Shown: piece by piece, positions 24,643-33,793 of the stretch
Position numbering within the stretch: the stretch's first letter is position 1
Layout: each line of letters starts with the position of its first letter
Source: Candidatus Adlerbacteria bacterium
GTDB lineage: Bacteria > Patescibacteriota > Minisyncoccia > Phycocordibacterales > SBAW01
Assembly: GCA_028286685.1 (NCBI GenBank)
Contig: JAQBRA010000003.1
Span: 1 to 61,291 of the forward strand
Length of the DNA stretch: 61,291 bases
Reading direction: 5' to 3'
The notes under the pieces: model-generated
What the model was told of the DNA's origin: nothing
The model's database searches: none
What the model saw: the letters and a program-made list of their open reading frames with translations, nothing else
Translations under genes and position numbers: made by a program

Positions 24643-25623
24643 ATGATTTTGGCACAAAAAATAGTTCTGGTGCTTGCAGTCCTTGCGGCGGCCTACTTTG
24701 GGTTTTTGCACTTTTCGCAACCAGGGCAAGAAATACGGGAGGCTTCGGAAACTATACTTTTATACGAAGATGGTGATTTTAAAGTTACAAAAGATAGCAG
24801 ACATGTTTACATAAACGGGGAAATTATAAAAGTCGACAACGCGGGGCCAAACTATGGGAATGAGCCAGATGCGGCGACGTTTGTATATGTTGGAGGAAAT
24901 GGAGAGTATTTCAAGGATAAGGATTTTGTATACCACACAACGTGGCAGTATTTTTCCGGCCGGGAGGTCGCTGACTTGGAAAGTTTTGAAGTGGTTGGCG
25001 AAGAGTACACCAAAGATGCAGTCCATGTGTACTGGGGCAGGGAGCCTCTTCTTGAAGCCGACCCTGCAACTTTTGTTGTTTTTGACTCGGTTCGATCTTG
25101 CGGTCAGCATTGCACGTATTCCGCGGGGGATAAGAACCATAAGTATTTGCAAAACCAAGTAGTGCAAGCAGATAGTGTGCCGTCGTTGCAAAAATTGGAC
25201 GATACTTTTGCGACAGACGGTACTTTTGTATATGCAGTCTACTCGCCGACCCTTGATCTATATGCTAATCCTCCCGTCAAATTGGAAGGCATTGATGCTA
25301 AAACTTTCAAACTCCGTTGCCTTTTGGGCGGGTTATATGAGTTTGCGTGCGACTCATCGCACTTGATCAGTCCTGGTTTGGCTGTAGTTGTAAAAGGGAA
25401 TTATGACCTTGCGTCTTTGCAAAAACTGGAAGGCGGCTACTTTAAGGATAAGCAGTATGTGTATCGGCTGCATCATTCAAACGCCATGGACAGGGTAGAG
25501 GGTGCTGATCTGGATACGTTTACATTTGTTAATGATGATTCTATCGATGCGCAGGATAAAAATCAGGTCTATTTTTGCGGCATACTCTTCGATCCTAATA
25601 ATTCTGCAAGAGCCTGCTACTGA
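24643..25623 (+). CDS. DKNYY-repeat family protein
   Basis: Repeated D/K-x-x-Y-V-Y type units (KDKDFVYHT, KDAVHVYWG, DKNHKYLQ, DGTFVYAVY, KDKQYVYRL, DKNQVYFCG) and an N-terminal TM. Visibly lower GC than neighbours. Confidence 0.8.
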   Translation: MILAQKIVLVLAVLAAAYFGFLHFSQPGQEIREASETILLYEDGDFKVTKDSRHVYINGEIIKVDNAGPNYGNEPDAATFVYVGGNGEYFKDKDFVYHTTWQYFSGREVADLESFEVVGEEYTKDAVHVYWGREPLLEADPATFVVFDSVRSCGQHCTYSAGDKNHKYLQNQVVQADSVPSLQKLDDTFATDGTFVYAVYSPTLDLYANPPVKLEGIDAKTFKLRCLLGGLYEFACDSSHLISPGLAVVVKGNYDLASLQKLEGGYFKDKQYVYRLHHSNAMDRVEGADLDTFTFVNDDSIDAQDKNQVYFCGILFDPNNSARACY

Positions 25624-25686
25624 TTCAAGCCCCCATCTTTATTCAGTATCAATAAGGTGGTATGCTCCGAATTAGGAGGATCTCGC

Positions 25687-25860
25687 ATGGCTGAGAAAGT
25701 CGTAGTCCTTGCCGAGCGCAAGGGACACAAGCAGACGGCGCCGTTTGTGTCGTATGACGGCAACCCGGAAAACGGTGATTATGGAGCCTGGGCCAGGTAC
25801 GTTATGGGAAAGGAAGGCGAGGTAGTCTCGCTTAAGCCTAAAACGCCGAAAGAAATATGA
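25687..25860 (+). CDS. Hypothetical small protein (57 aa)
   Basis: AGGAGG (25674-25679) lies 7 nt upstream of ATG 25687. Confidence 0.45.
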   Translation: MAEKVVVLAERKGHKQTAPFVSYDGNPENGDYGAWARYVMGKEGEVVSLKPKTPKEI

Positions 25861-25901
25861 GCCGCAGTCCCGCCACATGGCGGGGCTTCCTGTTGCCCAA
25901 T

Positions 25902-25909
25902 GGTATAAT
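25902..25909 (+). promoter_or_regulatory. Extended -10 element TGgTATAAT
   Basis: A consensus TATAAT (25904-25909) with upstream TG lies 7 nt before ATG 25917, which predicts a leaderless mRNA. Confidence 0.55.
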
Positions 25910-25916
25910 TAAGGCA

Positions 25917-27971
25917 ATGCTTGAGGACCAAAACAAGATAAACTACTTCGCCGAGACCAACTCCCGCGGCAAGCCGCTGGCGTTCGGCATCAAGCGCCGC
26001 GACCGGGGGCGCCACATGTACGTCATCGGCAAGACCGGCATGGGCAAGTCGACCCTGCTGGAGAACATGGCCATCCAGGACATCCGCAACGGCGAGGGCA
26101 TGGCCTTTATAGACCCGCACGGCTCTACCGCCGAGCGCATCATGGAGTACGTCCCGGCACACCGCATAAAAGACGTGGTGTACTTCGCCCCATTCGACAT
26201 CGAGCATCCAGTGGCATTCAACGTGATGGAGGACGTGGGCTACGACAAGCGCCACTTGGTAGTCTCTGGCCTCATGTCGGCGTTCCAAAAGATCTGGGAG
26301 GACGCCTGGAGTGCCCGCATGGAGTACATCCTCACTAACACGCTCCTGGCACTCCTGGAGTACGAGGGCGCGACCCTGCTCGACGTCAATCGTATGCTCT
26401 CCGGAACCTTTAAGAAAACCGGCTCGGGGATAGAGTCGGTCAAGGACTCGAACGCCTTCCGCTACAAGGTGGTGCAGAACATATCCGATCCCTTGGTAAA
26501 GAAATTCTGGGTTGATGAGTACTACGGATACACCGAGCGCTACATCCAGGAGGCGACTCCGGCAATCCAGAACAAGGTGGGGCAGTTCACCTCCAATCCG
26601 CTCATCCGCAATATTATAGGCCAAGCCAAATCCTCTTTCGATATCCGAGAGCTCATGGATCAGAAGAAGATACTCATAATCAACCTCTCCAAGGGTCGCG
26701 TGGGCGAGGTCAACACCAATCTTCTGGGCTCCATGCTCGTGACCAAGATCTACCTGGCAGCCATGTCGCGCGCCGACGTGTCGGCGGAGACGATGAAAAA
26801 CCTGCCCTCCTTCTACATCTACGTAGACGAGTTCCAAAACTTTGCCAATAAGAGCTTCGCCGACATCCTCTCAGAGGCCCGCAAGTACAAACTCAACCTC
26901 ATCATCGCGCACCAGTACGTTGAGCAGATGGAGGAAGAGGTGCGCGACGCGGTCTTCGGCAACGTGGGTACCACGGTGTCCTTCCGCGTGGGGCCGTTTG
27001 ATGCCGAAACCTTAGAGACCGTGTTCGCGCCGCAATTCGAGGCGGCCGACTTGGTCAACCTCGGCTTCGCGCAAATCTACCTCACGCTCATGATAGACGG
27101 GGTAGGGAGTCCGCCGTTCTCCGCGACGACGCTCCCGCCGTTTGACCCTTCGCCCGAAGACAATACGAAAGCGGTGCTTGCCGCCTCGCGCGAGCAGTTT
27201 GCCAAGGCCCGCGCCGAGGTCGAGGCTGATGTAGCCCGGTGGCAGAATTCCGAGATGGTTGCAGCCGAGCCTCCCAAGCCCAAGTACGGCACGTTCAAGC
27301 CTTCCACGGCCTCGCACTCCGCGCCAGCAGCTCCGCGACCTGCTGCTTCTTTCGACAGACCGCAAGACCGGCCCGCAGCAGTAGTGGTACAGGTCCCCGT
27401 AGCGCCCGCGCCTTCAGTAGTGCAGGCGGTCAGGGTAGAGGCACCAGCGCCCCAGCCGGCCCCAACAGTGCACGTCCACGCGCCGGTGCATGTGCCGCCA
27501 GCCCAGATCCATATACATCAGGCTCCGGAGCGTGCCCCGCGTCCCGCGCCCAAGGCCTGGGTTGCACCGGTGGCCCCAAAGCCCAAGCCAGCACCCGCAG
27601 CTTCCGTGCCGCGCCCAGAGCCTCCGGCGCCGCCCCTAGAGGGAGCTACCAGTTTGCGCGACGCCTTGGCAGCCGTTACCAAAAGGGCCGAGCCTGCCCC
27701 CGTGCCGGCCCCTAAAGAGTCCCAAAAGCCCTCAGGGCAGGCTAAATCGGCTCCGGTACATCAGCCGCACCACGACGCTCTCAAAGAGACTTTGCACCGG
27801 GTAGCACCCAAGGCTGAGGCTCCTGCATCGCCAGCCACTGGGGATAACATGAAGACCACATCTGCCGCCAGTGTAAAATCAAGCCATCACGCAAGCCCTC
27901 CTGCAGGACTTCCTCCGGAGGTTTTGCGCGAGATGCTGGCAGTTGACGAGCTTGATGAGACCCGCGAGTAA
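25917..27971 (+). CDS. Type IV secretion coupling-protein-like (TraD/VirD4/TraG-D_C type) P-loop ATPase with ~240-aa Pro/Ala-rich C-terminal tail; no N-terminal TM segments
   Basis: Walker A VIGKTGMGKST and Walker B FYIYVDEFQNF. The block KYKLNLIIAHQYVEQM...GNVGTTVSFRVG is typical of the family. The tail is low-complexity (APAPQPAPTVHVHAPVHVPPAQIHIH...). Confidence 0.85.
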   Translation: MLEDQNKINYFAETNSRGKPLAFGIKRRDRGRHMYVIGKTGMGKSTLLENMAIQDIRNGEGMAFIDPHGSTAERIMEYVPAHRIKDVVYFAPFDIEHPVAFNVMEDVGYDKRHLVVSGLMSAFQKIWEDAWSARMEYILTNTLLALLEYEGATLLDVNRMLSGTFKKTGSGIESVKDSNAFRYKVVQNISDPLVKKFWVDEYYGYTERYIQEATPAIQNKVGQFTSNPLIRNIIGQAKSSFDIRELMDQKKILIINLSKGRVGEVNTNLLGSMLVTKIYLAAMSRADVSAETMKNLPSFYIYVDEFQNFANKSFADILSEARKYKLNLIIAHQYVEQMEEEVRDAVFGNVGTTVSFRVGPFDAETLETVFAPQFEAADLVNLGFAQIYLTLMIDGVGSPPFSATTLPPFDPSPEDNTKAVLAASREQFAKARAEVEADVARWQNSEMVAAEPPKPKYGTFKPSTASHSAPAAPRPAASFDRPQDRPAAVVVQVPVAPAPSVVQAVRVEAPAPQPAPTVHVHAPVHVPPAQIHIHQAPERAPRPAPKAWVAPVAPKPKPAPAASVPRPEPPAPPLEGATSLRDALAAVTKRAEPAPVPAPKESQKPSGQAKSAPVHQPHHDALKETLHRVAPKAEAPASPATGDNMKTTSAASVKSSHHASPPAGLPPEVLREMLAVDELDETRE

Positions 27972-29478
27972 ATTCCTCTTCGCTTCTCTTATTTCCATAT
28001 CGTTTATGCTGCCTGCCGCCGCTCGCGCGGCAGTTGTCATTTCCGAGGTCATGTACAACCCCAAGGGGACCGACTCGGGCCACGAGTGGGTCGAGTTGTA
28101 TAACGACGGGGCTGATCCGGTAGTGCTGGTGGGCGGCAGCGGCAAAGGCTCGTGGCGCATTGCCGACAGCTCCAACCACACGCTTGCCGTGCCCTCAGGC
28201 GGGGTAGGGCACGGGTCTTTAACCATTGCGGCTGGCGGCTATCTTATTGTTTCAACCGACCCGGCCGCATTCGATGCCGAGTTTGGCAATCCACCGTACT
28301 CGGTTATAAAATCCTCACTGTCCCTTAATAACACGGGCACTACAGTTTCTCTTATCGACGGGGCAGGCGCCACGACTAGTTCTTTTACGTACGCCAGCAG
28401 TATGGGCGGCGATGACAACGGCAACAGCTTGCAGCGTACCGCCGGCGGGTGGCTGCAGGCGCTGCCCACGCCGGGTGCCGCAAACGCCACCGAGGAATAT
28501 TTGCCGCCCGAGGAAGAAAGCTCGCACTCTGGTTCAAGCGGCGGCACGACGCCGGCGTCTTCATATGTGCCGCCGCCCGCGCCCACCGTGTTCGCCGATG
28601 CGGGGGCCGACCGTGCGGTTATTGTTGGCGCTGATACGCTTTTGCGTGCCCGCGCGTACAACCGCGACCAAAAGAATCTCTCCGGCGCTAAGTTCTCCTG
28701 GAACTTTGGAGACGGTACTACGGCGCAAGGTGCAAAAGTCCTGCATCATTTTCCCTACCCGGGCGAGTACGCGGTCGAGCTCCATGTGGCCGGCGACGAC
28801 TTTTCCGTTTCTTCGCGCGTGCGCATAACCGCCAAAGAGGTTTCAGTCGGCTTAGCGCCCTTGCCAGGCGGCGGGGTAGCAATTGAAAACAATGCAGACC
28901 AGGACCTCGACCTTTCGTTTTGGAGGGTAGTTCAAGAGGAGGCTGAATTTACGCTGCCCGAGTACTCATCTGTACTCAAAGGCGGCATCATGCGTATAAG
29001 TGCTGAAGCGCTGGGTTTTGAGGCGACTGCGCAGACCGAGCTGCGCTACCCAAACGGTAAGCCGGTGGTCTCGTCTGCCGCAGTAAAAGAAGTGGAGCCA
29101 GTGCTCCTACCAAATGCTGCCCCCGAGCCGGTGCCAGAGCCAGCGGTAGAGCCCGAGCCGCAGCCAGAGCCAGAGTTTCAAGCTGTGCCGGCATACATGC
29201 CTCCTGCGCCAGTGCTGCAAGAGACTCCGATCGTACCGGCACCAGAGCCGGTGGTAGTACCCGAGTCCGCTCCCGAGCCGCAAGAGTCAAATGTAGAGCC
29301 GCTTGCCGCTGCGGCAGCGCACAGCGGTGTTGCGCTCCCGCCCTGGTTCTACACACTCGCGCTCCTGGCGCTTATTTCCTTCGGCTTAGCGGGCGTATAT
29401 CACGCAAAATATATACGGCAGGAGCGCGCCTTAGCGGCGGAAACTTATCCTTCCGCGCAAGAGTTTACTATTGAGTAA
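27955..29478 (+). CDS. Surface protein with lamin-tail domain (LTD) + PKD domain + PEP-rich stalk + C-terminal TM anchor
   Basis: Signal peptide. LTD signature VVISEVMYNPKGTDSGHEWVELYN. PKD signature FSWNFGDGTTAQG...YPGEYAVELHV. PEPVPEPAVEPEPQPEPE repeats. C-terminal anchor WFYTLALLALISFGLAGVY. The start overlaps the upstream stop by 17 nt. Confidence 0.8.
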   Translation: MRPASKFLFASLISISFMLPAAARAAVVISEVMYNPKGTDSGHEWVELYNDGADPVVLVGGSGKGSWRIADSSNHTLAVPSGGVGHGSLTIAAGGYLIVSTDPAAFDAEFGNPPYSVIKSSLSLNNTGTTVSLIDGAGATTSSFTYASSMGGDDNGNSLQRTAGGWLQALPTPGAANATEEYLPPEEESSHSGSSGGTTPASSYVPPPAPTVFADAGADRAVIVGADTLLRARAYNRDQKNLSGAKFSWNFGDGTTAQGAKVLHHFPYPGEYAVELHVAGDDFSVSSRVRITAKEVSVGLAPLPGGGVAIENNADQDLDLSFWRVVQEEAEFTLPEYSSVLKGGIMRISAEALGFEATAQTELRYPNGKPVVSSAAVKEVEPVLLPNAAPEPVPEPAVEPEPQPEPEFQAVPAYMPPAPVLQETPIVPAPEPVVVPESAPEPQESNVEPLAAAAAHSGVALPPWFYTLALLALISFGLAGVYHAKYIRQERALAAETYPSAQEFTIE

Positions 29479-29506
29479 CCGCCCCAGTCGCGGTAGGGTA
29501 ATTGCA

Positions 29507-30361
29507 ATGGCCGACAAAAAGCTAATGGTGGTAACCGGCGGGGCCGGCTTTATCGGCTCGCATCTTTGCGAGCGCCTGGTAGGCGACGGCCACCAGGTTA
29601 TTTCGCTCGACAACTACTTTACCGGTAGCAAAGAGAACCATGTCGAAGGGGTAGAGTACCGCGAGGGCCATACCAAAGACATAGAAAGGCTCGTTCCTGA
29701 AACGCCCGACCTTGTCTATCACTTGGGCGAGTACTCGCGCGTCGAAATAAGCCTCACCGAGCCCGATGTCGTCTGGGACTTAAACAAGGCCGGCACGTTC
29801 GGCATATTTGAATTCTGCCGTAAAAAGAAGGTAAAGGTGGTCTATGCCGGGTCCTCGACCAAGTTCGGTGACGGAGGCTTGGGTCGCGTGCAGAGCCCAT
29901 ATGCCTGGACGAAAGCAAGCAACACGGAGCTTCTTCAAAACTATGGCAGCTGGTACGGCCTACCGTTTGCTATTACCTATTTTTATAATGTGTACGGCCC
30001 CCGCGAGCGCGCCGGCCGGTATGGCACGCTAGTAGAAATTTTCCGCCAAAAGCATCTTAAGGGCGAGCCGCTTACTGTTACGGCGCCTGGCACTCAAAAG
30101 CGAAATTTTACGCATGTCGATGATATTGTAGACGGTCTTATCCTGGTGGGGGAAAAAGGCGAGGGGGACGAGTTTGGCTTGGGCGCCGCTGAGCCGTACT
30201 CAGTCCTCGAGGTTGCGGAACTGTTCGGCGATCCTATCGAAATGATGCCGGAGGCTCAGGGTAATCGCATGGATGCGGCGCTCGATACTACCAAATCCCG
30301 CGCGCTTGGCTGGTCGCAGAAGCGCTTCCTGCGCGACTACATCAAAACCGCAATCCAATGA
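29507..30361 (+). CDS. NAD-dependent sugar-nucleotide epimerase/dehydratase (UDP-glucuronate decarboxylase/UXS-like SDR)
   Basis: VVTGGAGFIGSHLCERLVGDGHQVISLDNYFTGSKENH and the YAWTK catalytic YxxxK. Confidence 0.85.
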   Translation: MADKKLMVVTGGAGFIGSHLCERLVGDGHQVISLDNYFTGSKENHVEGVEYREGHTKDIERLVPETPDLVYHLGEYSRVEISLTEPDVVWDLNKAGTFGIFEFCRKKKVKVVYAGSSTKFGDGGLGRVQSPYAWTKASNTELLQNYGSWYGLPFAITYFYNVYGPRERAGRYGTLVEIFRQKHLKGEPLTVTAPGTQKRNFTHVDDIVDGLILVGEKGEGDEFGLGAAEPYSVLEVAELFGDPIEMMPEAQGNRMDAALDTTKSRALGWSQKRFLRDYIKTAIQ

Positions 30362-31560
30362 AGCGCGTCCTCATATTTTCCCTGGCCTATTACCCGCGGT
30401 ATGTGGGCGGTGCCGAGGTTGCTATTAAGGAAAAGACTGACCGTATAACGGATATCGAGTTCCATATGGTCACGCTACGCTACGACTCGACGCTGCCTAA
30501 GGTTGAAAAAGTGGGGAACGTGCTCGTGCACCGCATCGGCTTTACCCGGCCCAATGCGACCATGGCCGATTTGAAGAAATTCCCGCTCCACTACAACAAA
30601 TACTGGTTCCAGTTTGCGGCGGCCTTCAAGGCGCTCTCGCTCAATCACAAGTACCGCTATGACGCGACCTGGGCCATGATGGCGCATTCGACCGGCGTGC
30701 CGGCCGCGCTGTTTAAGTTGTTCAAGCCTAAAGTGCCCTATGTGCTGGAGCTGCAGGAAGGCGACCCGCCTGAGTATATAGAGAAGCTCATGCGCCCCTT
30801 GTGGCCGCTTTTCTCGCGCGCATTTACGACCGCTACCGTCGTATCAGTCATTTCCACTTTTCTCGGGAGATGGGCTAAGAGCCGCGGATTCAAAGGCTCA
30901 ATCGAGCTGGTGCCTAATGCGGTTAATACCAAGCATTTCTCGCAGCAGTACGAGGAAAGCGAACTTGCAGCGCTTAAGGAAAAATTGGGCAAAAAAGAGG
31001 GCGACGTCTATATTATTACAACCTCGCGCCTCGTGCATAAAAATGCCATCGATGATGTCATCAGTGCTTTAGCTCTGCTGCCAAAAAATATTTACTTCCT
31101 AATACTCGGTATCGGCCCGGACGAAGACAAGCTCAAGGCTCTCGCAAAAGATCTGAGCGTTAGCGAGCGCGTCAAATGGATAGGGCAGGTAGACCACAAG
31201 GAAATGCCCAAGTATTTGAAAGTGTCTGACATATTTACGCGCCCGAGCCGTTCTGAAGGTATGGGCAACTCCTTTGTCGAGGCTATGGCTGCAGAATTGC
31301 CGGTTATCGCGACGCAGGAAGGCGGCATTGCAGACTTCCTTTTTGATGCCAAAAGGAACCCCAATAAGCCTGTGACCGGCTGGGCCGTCGATCGTGATAA
31401 TCCTACACAAATTGCCGAGGCGGTGGGGGAGATTCTCGGTAACCCGGAACAAGTGCGGACAGTTATACAGAATGCGCGCGAACTGGCATTCAGTAAGTAC
31501 GACTGGGATTTGATCGCCCGCGACATGCGGGAAAAAGTTTTTGCCAAAGTTTTGTCATAA
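30358..31560 (+). CDS. Glycosyltransferase family 4
   Basis: C-terminal GT-B motif SEGMGNSFVEAMAAELPVIATQEGGIADFL. The ATGA start overlaps the upstream stop. Confidence 0.85.
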   Translation: MKRVLIFSLAYYPRYVGGAEVAIKEKTDRITDIEFHMVTLRYDSTLPKVEKVGNVLVHRIGFTRPNATMADLKKFPLHYNKYWFQFAAAFKALSLNHKYRYDATWAMMAHSTGVPAALFKLFKPKVPYVLELQEGDPPEYIEKLMRPLWPLFSRAFTTATVVSVISTFLGRWAKSRGFKGSIELVPNAVNTKHFSQQYEESELAALKEKLGKKEGDVYIITTSRLVHKNAIDDVISALALLPKNIYFLILGIGPDEDKLKALAKDLSVSERVKWIGQVDHKEMPKYLKVSDIFTRPSRSEGMGNSFVEAMAAELPVIATQEGGIADFLFDAKRNPNKPVTGWAVDRDNPTQIAEAVGEILGNPEQVRTVIQNARELAFSKYDWDLIARDMREKVFAKVLS

Positions 31561-31597
31561 ACTTTTTCCCGAGTTTTTCCGTAATCCCATAAGGGGG

Positions 31598-31606
31598 TGT
31601 GGATAA
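31598..31606. promoter_or_regulatory. Perfect DnaA-box 9-mer (TGTGGATAA = complement of TTATCCACA) in a 344-nt intergenic gap
   Basis: Exact consensus. The flanking 11-mer GTGTGGATAAC is the reverse complement of the 11-mer GTTATCCACAC containing the box at 61170-61178. Confidence 0.35.
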
Positions 31607-31904
31607 CTTCTCGGCTAGGGCGGGGGAGCAAGCTCGATTTGACGAGATTTAAAAGTGTGTCTTCATGTTGGTCTTCAGGTTCGGAGTCCTTAGCTACACC
31701 ACTTTGCTAGCCTGGGGCGTGCTGGCATAGTTGTTCAGAAAAATAGTCTGGCCCGATAGCATCTTATGCGATACGGGAGACCCGAGGACTTTTTTATGGA
31801 CAACTGTGCCGCCCGTTCTTTGCACCCGACTCCCCTGTTTTCTTTACTATTTCTCCCCTGCCTTAATCCCCTTTTATCTAGTATTGTTTGGACAAGTCTC
31901 CCCT

Positions 31905-32912
31905 ATGGATATTCTCATCGCTACCGGCGTCTACCCTCCCGAGTCCGGCGGACCGGCCACTTATACCAAGCTGCTTGAGGACCGGCTGCCTGGCCTAGGG
32001 TTCAAAGTTACCGTGCTGCCATTCCGGGTAGTGCGGCATTTGCCGCCGGGTATTCGCCACATCGCGTACTTCTTCAAGCTGCTGCGCCTTTCCCGCGGCG
32101 TACGGCTTATCTATGCGCAAGACCCAGTGTCTGTAGGCCTTCCTGCGGCTCTTGCCGCCTTTGTGGCGCGCAAAAGATTCATGGTGCGCCTAGGCGGCGA
32201 CTACGCCTGGGAGCAGGCGCGCCAGCGCTTTGGCGTTACCGACGAGCTCGACGACTTCCAAACCAAGCGCTACGGCCTTGGGGTCGGGCTCCTGCGCGCG
32301 GTCCAGCGATTCGTGGTGCGCCGCGCCCAGGCGGTCGTGGTGCCCAGTGAATATATGAAAAGGATCGTGGGCGCCTGGATAAGCAATCCGGAGAAAGTGC
32401 ACCGCATCTACTCAAGCATCCATCTGCCGCCCCCTACTGAACTCCCAACTGACCGCCCCGAGGGTTTCCTGGTCCTCTCCTTCGGCCGCCGGGTGCCGTG
32501 GAAGGGCTTCGAGGCGCTCGAGCGCGTATCAGCGGGGGAGCCGTGGGCGCTAAAAATATTCAGCGATCTCCCCTATCCGAGCGCCATGGGCTGGCTTAAA
32601 AGCGCGGACGTCTACGTCAACAATTCCACCTATGAAGGCCTCTCGCACCAGCTGGTCGAGGCGTTTGCGCTTGGCACGCCGGTCATTGCCACTAACGTAG
32701 GCGGCAATCCCGAGCTGGTCGACAACGAAACAGGTATCCTTATTCCGCCTAAAGATGACGATGCGCTCCGCGACGCAATCAGGTCCGTGCAGGCCGATCC
32801 GGAGGCTGCCAAGGCGCGTACGGCAAGGGCGCAAGAAAAAGCAAAAGAGTTCAGTATCGGCGCCACTGTCGGGCAAGTCGTATCCCTCATTAAAAACGTA
32901 TGCGCGTCCTAA
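31905..32912 (+). CDS. Glycosyltransferase family 4
   Basis: MDILIATGVYPPESGGPATY N-terminus and YEGLSHQLVEAFALGTPVIATNVGGNPELV motif. The start is at ATG 31905; the ORF-track N-extension is not protein-like. Confidence 0.82.
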   Translation: MDILIATGVYPPESGGPATYTKLLEDRLPGLGFKVTVLPFRVVRHLPPGIRHIAYFFKLLRLSRGVRLIYAQDPVSVGLPAALAAFVARKRFMVRLGGDYAWEQARQRFGVTDELDDFQTKRYGLGVGLLRAVQRFVVRRAQAVVVPSEYMKRIVGAWISNPEKVHRIYSSIHLPPPTELPTDRPEGFLVLSFGRRVPWKGFEALERVSAGEPWALKIFSDLPYPSAMGWLKSADVYVNNSTYEGLSHQLVEAFALGTPVIATNVGGNPELVDNETGILIPPKDDDALRDAIRSVQADPEAAKARTARAQEKAKEFSIGATVGQVVSLIKNVCAS

Positions 32913-33793
32913 CTATCACCGGCGACAAGCGGTTCGGCCCCGGCCACGAGCGCTACGAGCTTATGCGCTCCGCAGTCGATGAACTTGCAGTTATATATTG
33001 GGGCCGTGACGCGCTCTTCCCCAAGATGCCCCAAGGTTCGTTTGATGTCGTCACGGCTCAAGACCCATTGGGGCGCGGGCTCTTTGGCCTGTATGCCGCG
33101 TGGAGAAAAAAGGCGCAGTTCAATGTGCAGGTGCATATGGATCTTGAGTCGCTCCAGGGCTTTAGGCGTGCGCTGGCGCGGTTTGTCCTGGGTCGCGCTG
33201 ATTCAGTCCGCGCCGTATCGGAAAAAATAAAAAGCCAGGCAGGGAAGTTGGGTGCGCGTGCAGGGGTAGCGGTGCTGCCGTTATACATAGACATCGAGCG
33301 GTTCAAGGCGCTCAAGCCCGAGCCGCACGAGGGCAAGGTGGTGCTCTGGGTGGGCCGCTTCGAGAATGAAAAAGATCCGTTGCTTGCCCTCGAGGTATTT
33401 AAAAAAATCAGAGCGCGGGGGACTGAGGCTTCTTTTGTCATGCTCGGCACGGGCAGCCTGGAGATGCGCCTCAAAGAAGCGGCAGCCGGCTCCCCCGTTT
33501 CTTTCCCCGGCTGGCAAGACCCGCTTTCCTACTTGGCGCAGGCCGACGTCGTGCTTTCAACTTCAAAATACGAAAGTTGGGGAGCGAGCATGGTCGAGGC
33601 ATTGGCTGCTGGGGTGCCCGTAGTGGCCCCAGAGGTTGGTATAGCTCGTGAGGCTGGCGCAACGGTAGTTTCGCTTGATATGCTGGACCAGGCCTGCGTG
33701 CAAATCCTGCAGTTGGGCATGCGCGGGCAGCTCACCGTGAATCTCTTGTCTGAAGAAGAGTGGGTCAAACGTTGGAAAGAAACTCTCGTATGA
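32900..33793 (+). CDS. Glycosyltransferase, GT4-like (short)
   Basis: YESWGASMVEALAAGVPVVAPEVG motif. Overlaps the upstream gene by 13 nt. Confidence 0.75.
   Translation: MRVLTITGDKRFGPGHERYELMRSAVDELAVIYWGRDALFPKMPQGSFDVVTAQDPLGRGLFGLYAAWRKKAQFNVQVHMDLESLQGFRRALARFVLGRADSVRAVSEKIKSQAGKLGARAGVAVLPLYIDIERFKALKPEPHEGKVVLWVGRFENEKDPLLALEVFKKIRARGTEASFVMLGTGSLEMRLKEAAAGSPVSFPGWQDPLSYLAQADVVLSTSKYESWGASMVEALAAGVPVVAPEVGIAREAGATVVSLDMLDQACVQILQLGMRGQLTVNLLSEEEWVKRWKETLV

Noticed and set aside
25779-26837. 352-aa minus-strand ORF opposite the T4CP-like ATPase; similar shadow ORFs at 36183..36992, 47029..47976 and 49364..50368
   Set aside because: Shadow ORFs. The sense strand carries Walker A/B, radical-SAM, GT2 or GT4 motifs respectively.
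27240-29300. Repetitive Pro/Ala/Glu-rich DNA (27240-27900 and 29090-29300), considered as a possible repeat array or CRISPR
   Set aside because: The repeats are in-frame low-complexity coding sequence (the ATPase tail and the PEP stalk of the LTD protein). They are irregular and have no spacer-repeat periodicity.
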